Shown: positions 9,084 to 17,325 of the stretch, piece after piece
Layout of the letters: the number at the start of each line of letters is the position of its first letter
How positions within the stretch are numbered: the stretch's first letter is position 1
Assembly: GCA_001805445.1 (NCBI GenBank)
Contig: MHGF01000003.1
Coordinates: 54,736-118,735 of the forward strand
From: Omnitrophica WOR_2 bacterium GWF2_43_52
GTDB taxonomy: Bacteria > Omnitrophota > Gorgyraeia > Gygaellales > UBA12090
DNA length: 64,000 nucleotides
Direction: 5' to 3'
Made by a program: the position numbers and the translations under genes
Notes under the pieces: model-generated
Database searches by the model: none
What the model was told of the DNA's origin: nothing
What the model saw: the letters and a program-made list of their open reading frames with translations, nothing else

Positions 9084-10002
9084 ACAATCTATGGCAGATA
9101 TCTATACGAATTTACAGGATAAGGAAACATGGCTCTTAGAAAAAGCCAATGTGGTCGGTTGTGGTATAGGCGAAAAGATTAAAGCGGGGCTTCCTCTGGG
9201 CCGGATTTGTCTTAAAGTTTATGTTGAGATAAAACTTCCTCTTAATAAACTCGCTAAGCATGATATTATCCCCCAAGCAGTATCTCTTATTGAGACTGAT
9301 GTTGAGGAAATCGGTAAAATCAAGGCTTTAGGCTTTACCGGCCGCTACCGCCCGGCATTAGGAGGCTCATCAATTGGCCATTATCAAATCACCGCGGGCA
9401 CTTTAGGTTGTCTGGTAAAGGATAAGGCCACTCATGAAATCCTTATTCTCAGCAATAATCACGTCTTAGCCAATTCCAATGAGGCTAAAAAAGGCGATAG
9501 CATCCTGCAACCCGGGCCCTATGATGGGGGAAAAAAGGCGAAAGATACCATTGGTACCTTAGAAAGGTGGGTTGAGATTAAGTTTGGTAAAGAGGCCAAT
9601 CTCATAGATGCCGCCTTAGCAAGGCCCAAGAGCCAAAAATTAGTGAAGCCTGAGATAATGGAAATAGGAGCACCTTTGGGGACTATAAAGCCTAAATTGG
9701 GCATGCTTATTCAAAAGTCAGGAAGGACAACCGGTTACACCGCGGGGAAGATTAAAGACATTAGCGCTACGATAAAAATAAATTACGACCAAAAAGTAGC
9801 CTTATTCAAAAACCAAATTCTCACCACGAATATGTCACAGGGAGGAGATTCCGGTTCTCTGGTTTTGGATATGAAAAAACGCGCCATTGGCCTGCTGTTT
9901 GCAGGCTCAGATGTAGTAACTATTATGAATCCGGTTTTAGAGGTAATAAGGCTACTTAACGTCGTGCCATATTCTATAGTTTCAGAAAAGGTTGAGGAAT
10001 AA
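9076..10002 (+). CDS. Chymotrypsin-fold (S1, streptogrisin/alpha-lytic-protease-like) serine protease with N-terminal pro-like domain; no signal peptide
   Basis: The catalytic triad context is His 'LSNNHVLAN', Asp 'NLIDAALA' and Ser 'QGGDSGSLV'. 'SGRTTGYTAGKIKDISATIKINY' resembles the S1E 'GRTTG...G.I' segment. The N-terminal ~95 aa are duplicated in the upstream small ORF. The N-terminus lacks a hydrophobic signal. Confidence 0.7.
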   Translation: MRKQSMADIYTNLQDKETWLLEKANVVGCGIGEKIKAGLPLGRICLKVYVEIKLPLNKLAKHDIIPQAVSLIETDVEEIGKIKALGFTGRYRPALGGSSIGHYQITAGTLGCLVKDKATHEILILSNNHVLANSNEAKKGDSILQPGPYDGGKKAKDTIGTLERWVEIKFGKEANLIDAALARPKSQKLVKPEIMEIGAPLGTIKPKLGMLIQKSGRTTGYTAGKIKDISATIKINYDQKVALFKNQILTTNMSQGGDSGSLVLDMKKRAIGLLFAGSDVVTIMNPVLEVIRLLNVVPYSIVSEKVEE

Positions 10003-10106
10003 TTCTAATACCAGAAAATGGTACATCGCACGTTGAATATCAAATTGTCCTAAGTTTAAAACTTCCTTATTAAACGAGTGTAGTATTACTTAGAAGGTGC
10101 AATAGT

Positions 10107-12062
10107 ATGTGCGGTATTTCAGGACTCTACTCCTTAAACGGGCGTTCGATAAGATTCGATGTTTTGCGTAAGATGAGCCAATTGTTACTACATCGCGGCC
10201 CTGACGGAGAAGGATACTTTTTGTCGGATACCCGTCTTAAGAAATTTGACGTTCATTATAATTCCGCGGATAGTTTCAATGTCAATGGGCTAAAGCCTGA
10301 TCTCGGATTGGCTCATAGGCGCCTCAGCATTATCGATTTAAGCGTTATCGCCCGCCAACCTATGTCTAATGATGATGGAAGCCTGTGGATTGTATTCAAC
10401 GGTGAGATTTATAATTATATTGAATTGAGGCGCGAATTGTCTACGTTGGGCTGTAATTTTAAAAGTGCTTCTGACACTGAAATAATTTTGCGTTCATATG
10501 AATTATTTGGCATGGGTTGCGTTAAGCGGTTTAACGGTATGTGGGCCTTTGCTATATGGGATGCGCGTAAAAACATACTTTTTTGCTCTAGAGATAGGTT
10601 TGGCGTAAAACCATTTTATTATTTTTATAATGATGGCCTATTCGCATTTGCTTCTGAAATAAAATCCCTCCTGCTGATTCAGCGGGCATATCCTAACGAG
10701 CGAGGAATTTATAATTACCTAGTTAAATCTTTCGGTTTTCTGGATGTCACAGAAGATACTCTTTTTGCGGATATTTATCAATTGCAACCTGCCCATAATC
10801 TGGTTATCGGCGCAGATGGGATAAAAATAGAAAAGTACTGGGATATCTATAGTGCTATTGATAAACCTTTACTTAGCCAGGGGCAGGCCATAGATGCATT
10901 CGGCTCCCTTTTTATCGATGCCATAAAAATAAGGCTGCGTAGTGATGTTAAAGTGGCAGGAGCCTTAAGCGGCGGGATTGATTCTTCGTCCATAACCTGC
11001 GTGATTAAAAAACGCCTCAAAGTAAATAACTATGAAACATATTCCGCGTGTTTTGATAACCCGCACTATGATGAACGTGAATATATCGCTGAGGTAACGC
11101 GAGATACCGGATATAAATCAAATTATGTTTTCCCTGACGAAGCATCCTTCTTTGATATTTTAAAGCGTCAAATATGGCTTCAGGATGAACCATTTAACGC
11201 GATGTGGGTGCATAGCCAGTGGTTTGTTTACCAGAAAGCAGCCGCTAATGGGGTAAAAGTTTTTATTAATGGTCATGGCAGCGATGAATCCTTGGGGGGA
11301 TATTATCCACACTTTGATGCCTTATGGGCTGATTTATTGCGGCGAGGCAGAATATTACTCTTGCTACATGAAATTTCTTTATTCTCTAAGCATAATCCCA
11401 GCCGATCCGTCAATTTGACGAACATCTTGTATTACATAGCGAATTATTATACCCCTGGCTTTATTAAAAGTTTCTTCTCAAAAACGCCAAATTTCCTTAA
11501 TTCTGATTTCGCGCAGAGAAATAGCAAAAAAAAATATCTTTATGAAAATCATTTTAATGATTTCTTAAACCGCTATCTTTATGAGTCATTGTTTATTTCT
11601 CCGATCAGAGGTATGTTGCATTTTGATGACCGTAACAGTATGGCGTTTTCTATAGAATCACGCACGCCTTTTCTTGACTATCGCCTTATAGAACTGGCAT
11701 TTAGCCTGCCTGGGACGTATAAGATTAAAAATGGTTATAATAAATATCTTCTAAGAGAAACAATGAAGGGGATCATCCCGGAGCGAATACAGGCGCGTTT
11801 TACTAAAAAAGGGTTTTCTTCTGGCGCGCCACAATGGTTACGGCAGAACAAAAAGTATTTGTATGATTTATTTAAACCGCAAACATGCCTTGCTGGCAAG
11901 TATCTAAAAAGTCCGGAAGTTATTAAAGAAATTGACCGCTATTGTGACGGAGAAACAAATATACATGAGCAATTAGGGTCTTGGGTAACATTGGAATTAT
12001 GGCTAAGAAAGTTTATTGACGGTAACGGCGGAATAAAAACTGAGGATATATTCCTCAATTGA
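10107..12062 (+). CDS. Asparagine synthetase (glutamine-hydrolysing) family amidotransferase, paralog 1; probable sugar amidotransferase (PseA/WbpS-like role)
   Basis: The N-terminal 'MCGISGL' holds the Ntn Cys2 nucleophile. 'LAHRRLSIIDL' and 'IVFNGEIYNY' follow. The synthetase-domain PP-loop is 'AGALSGGIDSS'. The size is 651 aa. Confidence 0.85.
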   Translation: MCGISGLYSLNGRSIRFDVLRKMSQLLLHRGPDGEGYFLSDTRLKKFDVHYNSADSFNVNGLKPDLGLAHRRLSIIDLSVIARQPMSNDDGSLWIVFNGEIYNYIELRRELSTLGCNFKSASDTEIILRSYELFGMGCVKRFNGMWAFAIWDARKNILFCSRDRFGVKPFYYFYNDGLFAFASEIKSLLLIQRAYPNERGIYNYLVKSFGFLDVTEDTLFADIYQLQPAHNLVIGADGIKIEKYWDIYSAIDKPLLSQGQAIDAFGSLFIDAIKIRLRSDVKVAGALSGGIDSSSITCVIKKRLKVNNYETYSACFDNPHYDEREYIAEVTRDTGYKSNYVFPDEASFFDILKRQIWLQDEPFNAMWVHSQWFVYQKAAANGVKVFINGHGSDESLGGYYPHFDALWADLLRRGRILLLLHEISLFSKHNPSRSVNLTNILYYIANYYTPGFIKSFFSKTPNFLNSDFAQRNSKKKYLYENHFNDFLNRYLYESLFISPIRGMLHFDDRNSMAFSIESRTPFLDYRLIELAFSLPGTYKIKNGYNKYLLRETMKGIIPERIQARFTKKGFSSGAPQWLRQNKKYLYDLFKPQTCLAGKYLKSPEVIKEIDRYCDGETNIHEQLGSWVTLELWLRKFIDGNGGIKTEDIFLN

Positions 12063-12077
12063 CAAAGGAGATGATAC

Positions 12078-13067
12078 ATGAAGTATCTGGTAGTTGGCTC
12101 TGGATCGATCGGAAAAAGGCGCATTGGCATTTTAAATGATTTGGGCATAACATCTATTGACATATGCGATAAATCTGAAACACGGATGGATGATGTTTGT
12201 CAGAAATACAGGGTCGAAGGCAGATATACGGATTATGCTGTGGCTTTGGCAAAAAAACCCGATGTTGTCATTATCTGCACGCCGCCGGTATTTCATATCT
12301 CTATTGCTAAGGCCGCTGTAGAAGCAGGGGCAGGCTTAATGATAGAAAAACCGCTGGCTCATAACTTAGATGGCGTAGATAGCCTGATTAAACTTATTCA
12401 GAAAAAGAAAGCGATTGCTGGCGTTGCTTATACTCTGCGTTTTCATAAAGGCGTTAACCTATTGCGGAATATAGTTGAGCAGAAAATTATAGGAAAGGTT
12501 TATTCTGTGCGCGCGGAGTGCGGCCAATACCTCCCAGATTGGCATCCGTGGGAAGATTATCGAAATTGGTATATGTCAAAAAAAAACGAAGGAGGAGGAG
12601 CGATTTTAGATATTAGCCATGAAATTGATTATGTAAGGTGGCTTCTTGGAGATGCTAAGGAAGTAGGGTGCTTTTACGGAACTATTAGCGATTTACAGAT
12701 GGATGCAGATGATGTGGCTGAAATACTATTGAGGTTTAAAAGCGGGGCCATTAGTTCTATACATCTTGACCTTTTGCAGAGAGATTACAGAAGAAATTGC
12801 GAAATTATTGGTGAAAAAGGGACTGTTTTATGGGACTATACGACAAAACAAATAAAGGTTTTTACAAAGGAAAAAGGTTGCTGGGAGACCATAGAATATA
12901 AAGAGGAACGCTCAGATATGTTCGTCGAAGAAACCAAACATTTTATTAAGTGTTTTGAAAAGAAAGCGCAGATTATGGTTTCTGTTGAAGACGCCGCTAA
13001 AACATTAGCTATTGCAGTTTCGGCGAAAGAGTCGAGCGATTCGAAAAAAATTGTGATACTTCCCTGA
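12078..13067 (+). CDS. Gfo/Idh/MocA-family NAD(P)-dependent oxidoreductase
   Basis: The N-terminal Rossmann 'MKYLVVGSGSIGKRR' is present. 'IEKPLA' matches the conserved EKP motif. The size is 329 aa. A strong SD 'AAAGGAG' precedes the start. Confidence 0.75.
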   Translation: MKYLVVGSGSIGKRRIGILNDLGITSIDICDKSETRMDDVCQKYRVEGRYTDYAVALAKKPDVVIICTPPVFHISIAKAAVEAGAGLMIEKPLAHNLDGVDSLIKLIQKKKAIAGVAYTLRFHKGVNLLRNIVEQKIIGKVYSVRAECGQYLPDWHPWEDYRNWYMSKKNEGGGAILDISHEIDYVRWLLGDAKEVGCFYGTISDLQMDADDVAEILLRFKSGAISSIHLDLLQRDYRRNCEIIGEKGTVLWDYTTKQIKVFTKEKGCWETIEYKEERSDMFVEETKHFIKCFEKKAQIMVSVEDAAKTLAIAVSAKESSDSKKIVILP

Positions 13068-13096
13068 CTTCTTCTATTGATGAGGTATCAGAGACG

Positions 13097-13798
13097 TTGG
13101 AAAAACAGATCTTAGCGTTTGTGCCCGCCCGGGGGGGGTCAAAAAGGCTTCCCGGGAAAAATATCAAACTTTTAGGTGGCATTCCGTTATTAGCCTATTC
13201 CTTAATCGCGGCGCTGAATTCGCGCATCATTACTAAAATTGTGCTTTCGAGCGATGATGATACAATGCTTGCTATTGGTGGTCACTATGGCCGGATTGAA
13301 GGTATCCGCCGTCCCGATAGCCTATCAGATGATAAAGCGACGACGCTTTCTGCCATAGCGCATTGCCTAGAGTATTTAGAAGTCCATCAGGCATATCGGC
13401 CGGATATCGTAGTCTTATTGCAACCAACCTGCCCTTTCAGAGAAAATGGCTATATTGACGCTGCGATTAATTGTTTTTTAGAGTCAGATGCTCATTCTTT
13501 GATTGGTGTATGCGAAGAAAAATATAAACTCGGTGAAATACGCGGTAAGTATTTTTATCCTCAGTATAAAGAAGGCACGCGTAAGCAAGATATGCCGGCT
13601 GTATACCGGGAAAATGGGTCAATTTACATCAGTAGGAGCCATATAATAAAAGAAGGCACGTTATTCGGGAAAAAGATACTCCCCTACCTTGGCAATAAAT
13701 TTAATGCGGTAAATATTGATACACAGCTTGATTTTGATAGTGCGGAAATGATTTTAGAAAAATACGCTGACCAATTTAAAGGAGGCGCGATACAATGA
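13097..13798 (+). CDS. Acylneuraminate cytidylyltransferase family (CMP-nonulosonic-acid synthetase; NeuA/PseF/LegF-like)
   Basis: 'AFVPARGGSKRLPGKNIKLLGGIPLL' matches the NeuA/PseF 'PARGGSKG.P.KN' motif. The KdsB motif 'PARYASTR' is absent. The size is 233 aa. A G8 homopolymer lies inside the catalytic motif at 13131-13138. Confidence 0.8.
   Translation: MEKQILAFVPARGGSKRLPGKNIKLLGGIPLLAYSLIAALNSRIITKIVLSSDDDTMLAIGGHYGRIEGIRRPDSLSDDKATTLSAIAHCLEYLEVHQAYRPDIVVLLQPTCPFRENGYIDAAINCFLESDAHSLIGVCEEKYKLGEIRGKYFYPQYKEGTRKQDMPAVYRENGSIYISRSHIIKEGTLFGKKILPYLGNKFNAVNIDTQLDFDSAEMILEKYADQFKGGAIQ
13131..13138 (+). repeat. Poly-G homopolymeric tract (G8) within the catalytic 'PARGGSK' motif codons of the CMP-NulO synthetase gene
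   Basis: I read 'cccgcccGGGGGGGGtcaaaa' directly. Tracts of G7 or longer are rare in this roughly 40% GC sequence. Confidence 0.9.
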
Positions 13799-14820
13799 AA
13801 AGGATAAAAATTGATAATCACTGGATAGGTGAAAGATGCCCTGTGTTTATTATCGCTGAGGCAGGAATTAACCATAATGGTGACTATCGAAAAGCCCTTG
13901 AACTTGTTGACGCGGCGGCTGAATGCGGAGCAGACGCAGTCAAGTTTCAGACTCACCTTCCAGAACACGAAATGCTGCGTGAGGGATTTAGCGCAGGCTA
14001 TATTGGGCAATCGTTTTTTGATTTATTGAAAAAGTGCCAGTTAAGCGAAATTGACCATCTGCGCCTCATGCAGAGAGCAAAGAAAAAAAAGATAATGTTT
14101 CTTTCTACGCCTTTTAGCCGAGAGGCGGTAGATTTTTTGGATAGGATAGGCATTGCAGCATTTAAAACCGGATCCGGTGAATTGACAAATATACCGCTTC
14201 TAGAACATATCGCTAAAAAGAATAAACCTATGATAATTTCTACAGGAATGAGCAGTATGACGGAAATAGGGAATACCGTAAAAGCGATAACAAAGTTGAA
14301 TAAAGAAATTATCCTGATGCAATGTACATCTACTTATCCGGCTGAATATAAGAATATCAATTTAGCAGTAATAAAAATACTAAAAAAGCGTTTTGGTTTT
14401 CCTGTGGGGCTCTCAGATCATTCTTATGGTATGTATACCGCGCTAGGCGCAGTGGCTTTGGGCGCGGCAATGATAGAGAAGCATTTCACTCTCAATAGGT
14501 CATGGCCTGGCCCTGACCAAAAGGCATCAATTACACCTCGGGAACTGCAGGAATTAGTACGCGGCACAAAGGCTTTGCAGCAGGCATTGGGGAACAAAAA
14601 GAATATCCTCAGGGAGGAGATCCCCGTTCGCAAAATGGCGAATGAAAGCGTTGTTTCTTTGCGCGACATAAATGCCGGCGAAAGGCTGACGCTTAGCAAT
14701 GTTTGGGTCAAACGCCCCGGGACAGGAATCCCTGCCGCCAGCTTAAAAAATGTTATCGGCAGAAGCGCACGGAAACAAATTCGCATTAATTCGCTGATAA
14801 AATGGAGTGATTTACAATGA
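13795..14820 (+). CDS. N-acetylneuraminate synthase family (NeuB/PseI/LegI), with C-terminal SAF domain
   Basis: 'VFIIAEAGINHNGDYRKALELVDAAAECGADAVKFQT' is the classic NeuB N-terminus. 'LSDHS' is present. The C-terminal SAF-like segment is '...RDINAGERLTLSNVWVKRPGTGIPA'. Confidence 0.85.
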   Translation: MKRIKIDNHWIGERCPVFIIAEAGINHNGDYRKALELVDAAAECGADAVKFQTHLPEHEMLREGFSAGYIGQSFFDLLKKCQLSEIDHLRLMQRAKKKKIMFLSTPFSREAVDFLDRIGIAAFKTGSGELTNIPLLEHIAKKNKPMIISTGMSSMTEIGNTVKAITKLNKEIILMQCTSTYPAEYKNINLAVIKILKKRFGFPVGLSDHSYGMYTALGAVALGAAMIEKHFTLNRSWPGPDQKASITPRELQELVRGTKALQQALGNKKNILREEIPVRKMANESVVSLRDINAGERLTLSNVWVKRPGTGIPAASLKNVIGRSARKQIRINSLIKWSDLQ

Positions 14821-15971
14821 AAAAAAAGAGGATTTGTATTGTAACTGCGAATCGCGCAGAATATAGCCGTGTAAAAACAGTACTTGAGGCAATTAGCAAA
14901 AATCAAAAATTAGAATATATACTCATAGTTATCGGTTCTCATTTGTTGCGCAAATACGGAAATACCTATCGAGAAATAGAGCGCGATGGTTTTACTATTC
15001 ACGAACGCATTTATAATACAATAGAAGGGGAAAATCCTGTTACCATGGCTAAATCAGCGGGTTTTGCCATAATAGAATTAGCAACTCTTTTAGACAGCTA
15101 TAAGCCTGATTTTGTAGTAGTTCTTACCGATAGATATGAAACCTTAAGCGCTGCTGTTACGGCTGCCTTTTTAAATATTCCTGTAGCTCATATTCAGGGT
15201 GGAGAAGTTACAGGGACAATAGATGAAAGCATAAGGCACGCGGTAACTAAGTTCGCGCATGTTCATTTCGCCGCTAGCGAAGCAAGTAGGCAGAGAATTA
15301 TCAAGTTGGGAGAAACTCCTGAATTCGTGTTTAATGTAGGCTGCCCTGCTACAGATTTGCTGCTGCGTGCAAAAATACTACGGCAAAAAGAGGTCCTTAC
15401 TAATGAGGAGATCAAAAATCCGCATATAAAAGCAAATGACCCGTTCATTGTAGTATTACAGCATCCGGTTACTACAGAATTCGGCGAGGGGTATTCCCAA
15501 ATAGAAGAAACATTGTATGCGATAAAAGATTTCGGAATGCAGACGATAATGCTTTGGCCTAATGTTGATGCCGGAAGCGAGCATATTGTAACTGCCATAA
15601 GAAGATTTTTAGAAGAATATCGATTGAGGAATATTTTTATGTACCGTCATATTACTAATAGCCTTTTTATACAGTTATTGTATCACTGTAAATGTTTAAT
15701 TGGGAACTCCAGCTCTGGTATCAGGGAAAGCTGTTATTTCGGCACTCCGGTAGTTAATATCGGCACCCGTCAACATGGCCGTGAACGCGGCAAGAATGTA
15801 GTAGATGTTGGGTATGGGCGTCACTTGATACTTAAGGCAATTAAAAAACAAGTTAGCCATGGGCGTTACCCCCGAGAGAATGTTTTTGGCAAAGGGGATG
15901 CCGGTAGGAAAATTGCCGATATTTTATCAACAATAAACGGGATTAAAGTACAGAAGATTATAACGTATTAG
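14817..15971 (+). CDS. UDP-N-acetylglucosamine 2-epimerase (hydrolysing), NeuC/LegG-like
   Basis: 'RICIVTANRAEYSRVKTVLEAI...LEYILIVIGSHL' is typical of the NeuC N-terminus. The GT-B-like epimerase fold motifs are 'DRYETLSAAVTAAFLNIPVAHIQGGE' and 'IGNSSSGIRE'. Confidence 0.8.
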   Translation: MKKKRICIVTANRAEYSRVKTVLEAISKNQKLEYILIVIGSHLLRKYGNTYREIERDGFTIHERIYNTIEGENPVTMAKSAGFAIIELATLLDSYKPDFVVVLTDRYETLSAAVTAAFLNIPVAHIQGGEVTGTIDESIRHAVTKFAHVHFAASEASRQRIIKLGETPEFVFNVGCPATDLLLRAKILRQKEVLTNEEIKNPHIKANDPFIVVLQHPVTTEFGEGYSQIEETLYAIKDFGMQTIMLWPNVDAGSEHIVTAIRRFLEEYRLRNIFMYRHITNSLFIQLLYHCKCLIGNSSSGIRESCYFGTPVVNIGTRQHGRERGKNVVDVGYGRHLILKAIKKQVSHGRYPRENVFGKGDAGRKIADILSTINGIKVQKIITY

Positions 15972-15975
15972 AAAA

Positions 15976-17325
15976 ATGATTAATCAGTTAAGACTATTCA
16001 TAGTTCAGATGCGCTACACGATAAAGCCTTTTTTTTACTTACCCATTACATTTTTAAGGCGCGTTGTTTTTGGCAGAGACGCGCATCTCAAACAGTACTT
16101 TTGGGACAAATGGGGTTTTTTAGACAAACATATGAATGATATTTTAAGCGGAGCGGAGAGTATCCTCTGGATAGATGTTGCTTCCGGTGGAGAAATTTTA
16201 CAATTAGTGAGCTTCCTTCGCTTGTTAAAGAAGCATCATAAAGGTTTAAAGATAGTCCTTTCAACGGCAAGCGATGATGCATATGCGTATGCGGAAAAAT
16301 TAGACACAATAGATTTTGTTTTTAATACTCCGTGGGATTTTGCCTTTGTTGCCAGGCGCGCCTTAAGGCAGGTCAACCCAAACCTTTTTATCAGTGTTGA
16401 ATTTACCCGGATCCCAAAACACTTTTTAACTGCTCAGAGCCTTAGAGTTAAAACCTTGCTTCTGAGCGGATTGATGAGCTGCCGTATGCAGGAACATCCG
16501 ACCTTAGAGCGTACGTACGCGCTTAATGCGTATCATTTTTTTGATTTTATAGCTGCCAAAGAGAATCGTGATTATGAAGGATTCGCGGCGTTAGGTATAG
16601 AGCGTAGCAAGATAGTGCGCTTAGGCAACATGAAGTTTGATACAGGTTTTTTAGATATCAAAGAAAGCCAGATATCCACCTTAAGAGATGTTTTTGCCCT
16701 TAACCCTGGGCAAAAAATATTTCTTGCAGCAAGTGTATTCTCGCCGGAAGAGGAAATAGCTATTGATGCCTTTAGGAAAGCTAAAGCTGTAATCCCGAAT
16801 CTGCGCCTGATTATTGTCCCGCGTTTTACTAAATATATACCAGGAATTGTCGATTATTTAAAACACCATGATTTTTCATATATATTGCGTACAGAGCTTC
16901 CAAAGCGAGATAACGCGGAGGGGCTTAACGATACGGTCGTCATCGTTGATACATTCGGTGAATTAGTGAAATTGTATCATTTAGCTGATTATATTTTTTT
17001 AAGCGGCAGTATCTATCCAGTAAATAAAATAGGTGGCGGCAAGAATATCGTAGAGCCTTTAGCAAGTAAAAAACCCATATTCTTTGGCCCGCACATGCGT
17101 TATTGGCAGGAAATCACGCAGCCCCTGATGTCAATTTACCAAGCATTGGAGGTTCGTAACGCGGATGATTTAGCCACTGGTATAATAGACTTAAGCAGGA
17201 GGCCGGATATACAAAATGCGTTAAGGGATAAGGCCATTGAGTTATTGCATCAATATACTGATGTGATAAGCGATAATGTGCGTTTTGTAGAGACGATACT
17301 CTACAATGGGAAGGTAGCTGCATGA
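15976..17325 (+). CDS. GT30-family glycosyltransferase (3-deoxy-D-manno-octulosonic-acid transferase / WaaA-like)
   Basis: 'ILWIDVASGGEILQLVSFLRLLKK' parallels the WaaA 'WIHxxSVGE...P' acceptor-domain motif. 'LGNMKFD' parallels WaaA 'GSLKFD'. The GT-B C-domain is 'IVDTFGELVKLY'. The size is 449 aa. Confidence 0.6.
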   Translation: MINQLRLFIVQMRYTIKPFFYLPITFLRRVVFGRDAHLKQYFWDKWGFLDKHMNDILSGAESILWIDVASGGEILQLVSFLRLLKKHHKGLKIVLSTASDDAYAYAEKLDTIDFVFNTPWDFAFVARRALRQVNPNLFISVEFTRIPKHFLTAQSLRVKTLLLSGLMSCRMQEHPTLERTYALNAYHFFDFIAAKENRDYEGFAALGIERSKIVRLGNMKFDTGFLDIKESQISTLRDVFALNPGQKIFLAASVFSPEEEIAIDAFRKAKAVIPNLRLIIVPRFTKYIPGIVDYLKHHDFSYILRTELPKRDNAEGLNDTVVIVDTFGELVKLYHLADYIFLSGSIYPVNKIGGGKNIVEPLASKKPIFFGPHMRYWQEITQPLMSIYQALEVRNADDLATGIIDLSRRPDIQNALRDKAIELLHQYTDVISDNVRFVETILYNGKVAA

